From: a virus
Reading direction: 5' to 3' (one strand)
IMG/VR virus record: IMGVR_UViG_3300040770_000547
Length of the DNA stretch: 64,000 nt
Shown here: positions 62,138-64,000 of the stretch, piece by piece
How positions within the stretch are numbered: the stretch's first letter is position 1
Layout: each line of letters begins with the position of its first letter
The notes under the pieces: generated by a model
Database searches by the model: none
What the model saw: only the letters and a program-made list of their open reading frames with translations
What the model was told of the DNA's origin: nothing
Position numbers and translations under genes: made by a program

Positions 62138-63614
62138 TAAAGAAGGTAAAGTAAGCAAGCTCTCCTTATTTGATATTGGAGATGAGAGTACCGGACTAAG
62201 TATAGCGGCAGTACCTGTTCATGCAAGTCTAACTGAAGAGCACTTGGTAGGACTGAACAGTGATCAAGGAAGCATGGTTATGGGAATATCTGAGTATCTA
62301 AAAGGAAAGAGCGGTAAACCTTTCTTTCTAGTTCAAGGAGGCGCTGGAACCGGTAAGTCGTTTTCGATAAACAGAGCACTACTTGGAATAGATCCAAAAC
62401 ATGTTATAGCTGCTGCTCCAAGTCACTTTGCCAAAAATGTGCTCCAAGATTTCCTAGGACCTAGGTACAAAGTAACTACCATTGCAGGATTGCTTGGTAA
62501 AAAAGTTACTTACAATGATCAAGGTGACCAGATTCTGGTCAGAATAAACAAGTATGTTCCGCCGCCGATCAACTTCTACCAAATCATACTTATAGATGAG
62601 GGGTCCATGGTGAATGATGAGACTGCAAAAGAACTTATAGGATACGTTAAAGAGGGTAATAAAGCACTAATCGTTTTAGGTGATTACTGTCAATTGCCAC
62701 CTGTTAACCAGGAAACAGACTCCCTATTCTTTGAAAACATTTCTTCAGAGCTTACCATACCAATGCGATTTCAAGGTCCGCTGTACTATCTCGTAAACTT
62801 AATAAGAACAGAAATCATAAAAATGCGTTCTGGGCTAGTTCCTTCGTTAAATATCATTAACATGGAAACCAATAGAGTAAGTCAACTAGATGAAACAGGT
62901 AGTGGGTACATCTTTCTTAACAACATGCCTCTGCTACTAAAAGCCGCTATCCGCCGATTCAAAAAAGGAAAAGGGACTGGGTATGTCAGGCTTCTGGCTT
63001 ATAGAAACAAAACTATTGAAAAGCTAAACGTGCATATTAGAATAGGCTTGTATGGAGAAAAACCAAAGCAGTTCGAAATAGGTGAGTTGCTCATAAATAA
63101 CGGAGGATACTCTGTAGAAACTGTTACCGGCAAAGAGCAGCAGATTATCATGAACGGAGAATTGTTTAAAGTAAGATCAGCCACTCCAATTATAGGCCCT
63201 TACGAGATACCTTGTGTTTCTTTGACATTCGAAGACGAAGATTTCGACGTGTCTATTATAGTAGTGGCTACTGAAGGCGAGGATAGATACAGTAATACTC
63301 TAAAAAGACTTACCGGCCTTGCAAAAGAAAACACACAGTTGTGGAGAGACGTATTTGCATTCAAAGAGTCTTTTGCGTACTTCAATTATAGCTATGCTGC
63401 ATCAATACACAAAGCTCAAGGAAGTACTATAAACCATGTATTTATCATAGAAGACGACATCTTAGAAGTTAAATTAACTACTACTAAAGAAAAGCTTCAA
63501 TCTATAAATGTAGGTATATCAAGGGCTTCTTACAGAGCTTATATCTATAATAAGATATACAAGGTGGACAACTCAAACTTAGATAAAAAATTACTTCAAA
63601 TGGATGTACCATGA
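62109..63614 (+). CDS. Dda/RecD-like SF1B DNA helicase
   Basis: GGAGTGKS, APSHFA, IDEGSMV, GDYCQLPPV, YAASIHKAQGST. Confidence 0.92.
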   Translation: MEDSLKSQPDKEGKVSKLSLFDIGDESTGLSIAAVPVHASLTEEHLVGLNSDQGSMVMGISEYLKGKSGKPFFLVQGGAGTGKSFSINRALLGIDPKHVIAAAPSHFAKNVLQDFLGPRYKVTTIAGLLGKKVTYNDQGDQILVRINKYVPPPINFYQIILIDEGSMVNDETAKELIGYVKEGNKALIVLGDYCQLPPVNQETDSLFFENISSELTIPMRFQGPLYYLVNLIRTEIIKMRSGLVPSLNIINMETNRVSQLDETGSGYIFLNNMPLLLKAAIRRFKKGKGTGYVRLLAYRNKTIEKLNVHIRIGLYGEKPKQFEIGELLINNGGYSVETVTGKEQQIIMNGELFKVRSATPIIGPYEIPCVSLTFEDEDFDVSIIVVATEGEDRYSNTLKRLTGLAKENTQLWRDVFAFKESFAYFNYSYAASIHKAQGSTINHVFIIEDDILEVKLTTTKEKLQSINVGISRASYRAYIYNKIYKVDNSNLDKKLLQMDVP

Positions 63615-64000
63615 AAGAGGGTAGTTTAATATTCAAGCTAGAGCACCTAGATAGATATGCAATTGTAAAAGAACCTTGTACGTTGATTGTAAAAAACAAC
63701 TCCAAGCTTGCAATGGATGATCTTTACACAGAAGACAACAGTCCCCGGTGGATCCTAAATCTAAAGGTTATCTCTGAGTTTAATCTTATGCTACTAAAAG
63801 AACTTAGCAAAGAAGGAGAGCGCTTAACCTACAGTGATATGGGACATCTATTAATGACTGGAGCCCTATGGGAAGATCAGATTGCAACAGACGCAGATTT
63901 ACCGTCTAAAGGAGAAGAGATGATTGCTGTTTTTGGTTACGTGAGAGAAGTACTTATGTGTACTAACATCACACTTATACCCAGAAGACAGCCGGATATC
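63611..64000 (+). CDS. hypothetical protein, runs off window
   Basis: ATGA overlap with helicase stop; open to the edge (MKEGSLIFKLEHLDRYAIV...). Confidence 0.7.
   Translation, partial: MKEGSLIFKLEHLDRYAIVKEPCTLIVKNNSKLAMDDLYTEDNSPRWILNLKVISEFNLMLLKELSKEGERLTYSDMGHLLMTGALWEDQIATDADLPSKGEEMIAVFGYVREVLMCTNITLIPRRQPDI

Noticed and set aside
1388-63705. The many other minus-strand ORFs in the track
   Set aside because: They lie wholly antisense to well-supported + strand genes.
1-64000. Stop-codon reassignment
   Set aside because: Conserved enzymes (ThyA, ligase, helicase, sigma) are intact in the standard code, TAG/TGA stops are used normally, and no suppressor tRNA is present in the window.
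1-64000. Prophage, DGR, retron, IS or homing endonuclease
   Set aside because: No integrase, reverse transcriptase, transposase, HNH/GIY-YIG/LAGLIDADG motif or host genes recognised.
1-64000. Hammerhead or HDV/theta ribozymes next to tRNAs
   Set aside because: No CTGATGA...GAAA core in intergenic DNA and no convincing HDV-like fold found by eye; a covariance search is still advisable.

Overview
A 64-kb slice of a large lytic dsDNA phage genome. The host is most likely Bacteroidota/Flavobacteriia: A-rich SD-less starts, TAnnTTTG-type promoters and Flavobacterium-phage-style ORFs. Essentially all genes are on the + strand. In order: (1) end of a tRNA cluster (1-1047); (2) late/virion-type genes with repeated hydrophobic-x-x-GG motifs, two HExxH zincins and a lysozyme-like domain (1380-6281); (3) a C-rich to G-rich non-coding junction that looks like the genome end (6450-6950); (4) an early region of promoter-gene-hairpin cassettes headed by 8 copies of AAAGGGCAGCTTCG (6954-12080); (5) a ~3-kb RNA island with a circularly permuted tmRNA, several long structured non-coding RNA candidates (one ~950 nt) and tRNA-like elements (12480-15590); (6) about 80 small accessory ORFs, including Tad2-, Acb2- and RyR-like anti-defence candidates, a PPDK-like dikinase, a nucleotidyltransferase, a DEDDh exonuclease, an SPL-like radical SAM enzyme, and a second RNA island with greatly expanded tRNA-like RNAs (37780-43204); (7) nucleotide metabolism, replication and transcription genes (thyA, DNA ligase, dNMP kinase, rIIA/rIIB, sigma factor, 5'-3' exonuclease, MoxR/VWA pair, Dda-like helicase). 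Family assignments come from motif recognition by eye and RNA stems were checked by hand; no database search or folding program was run.
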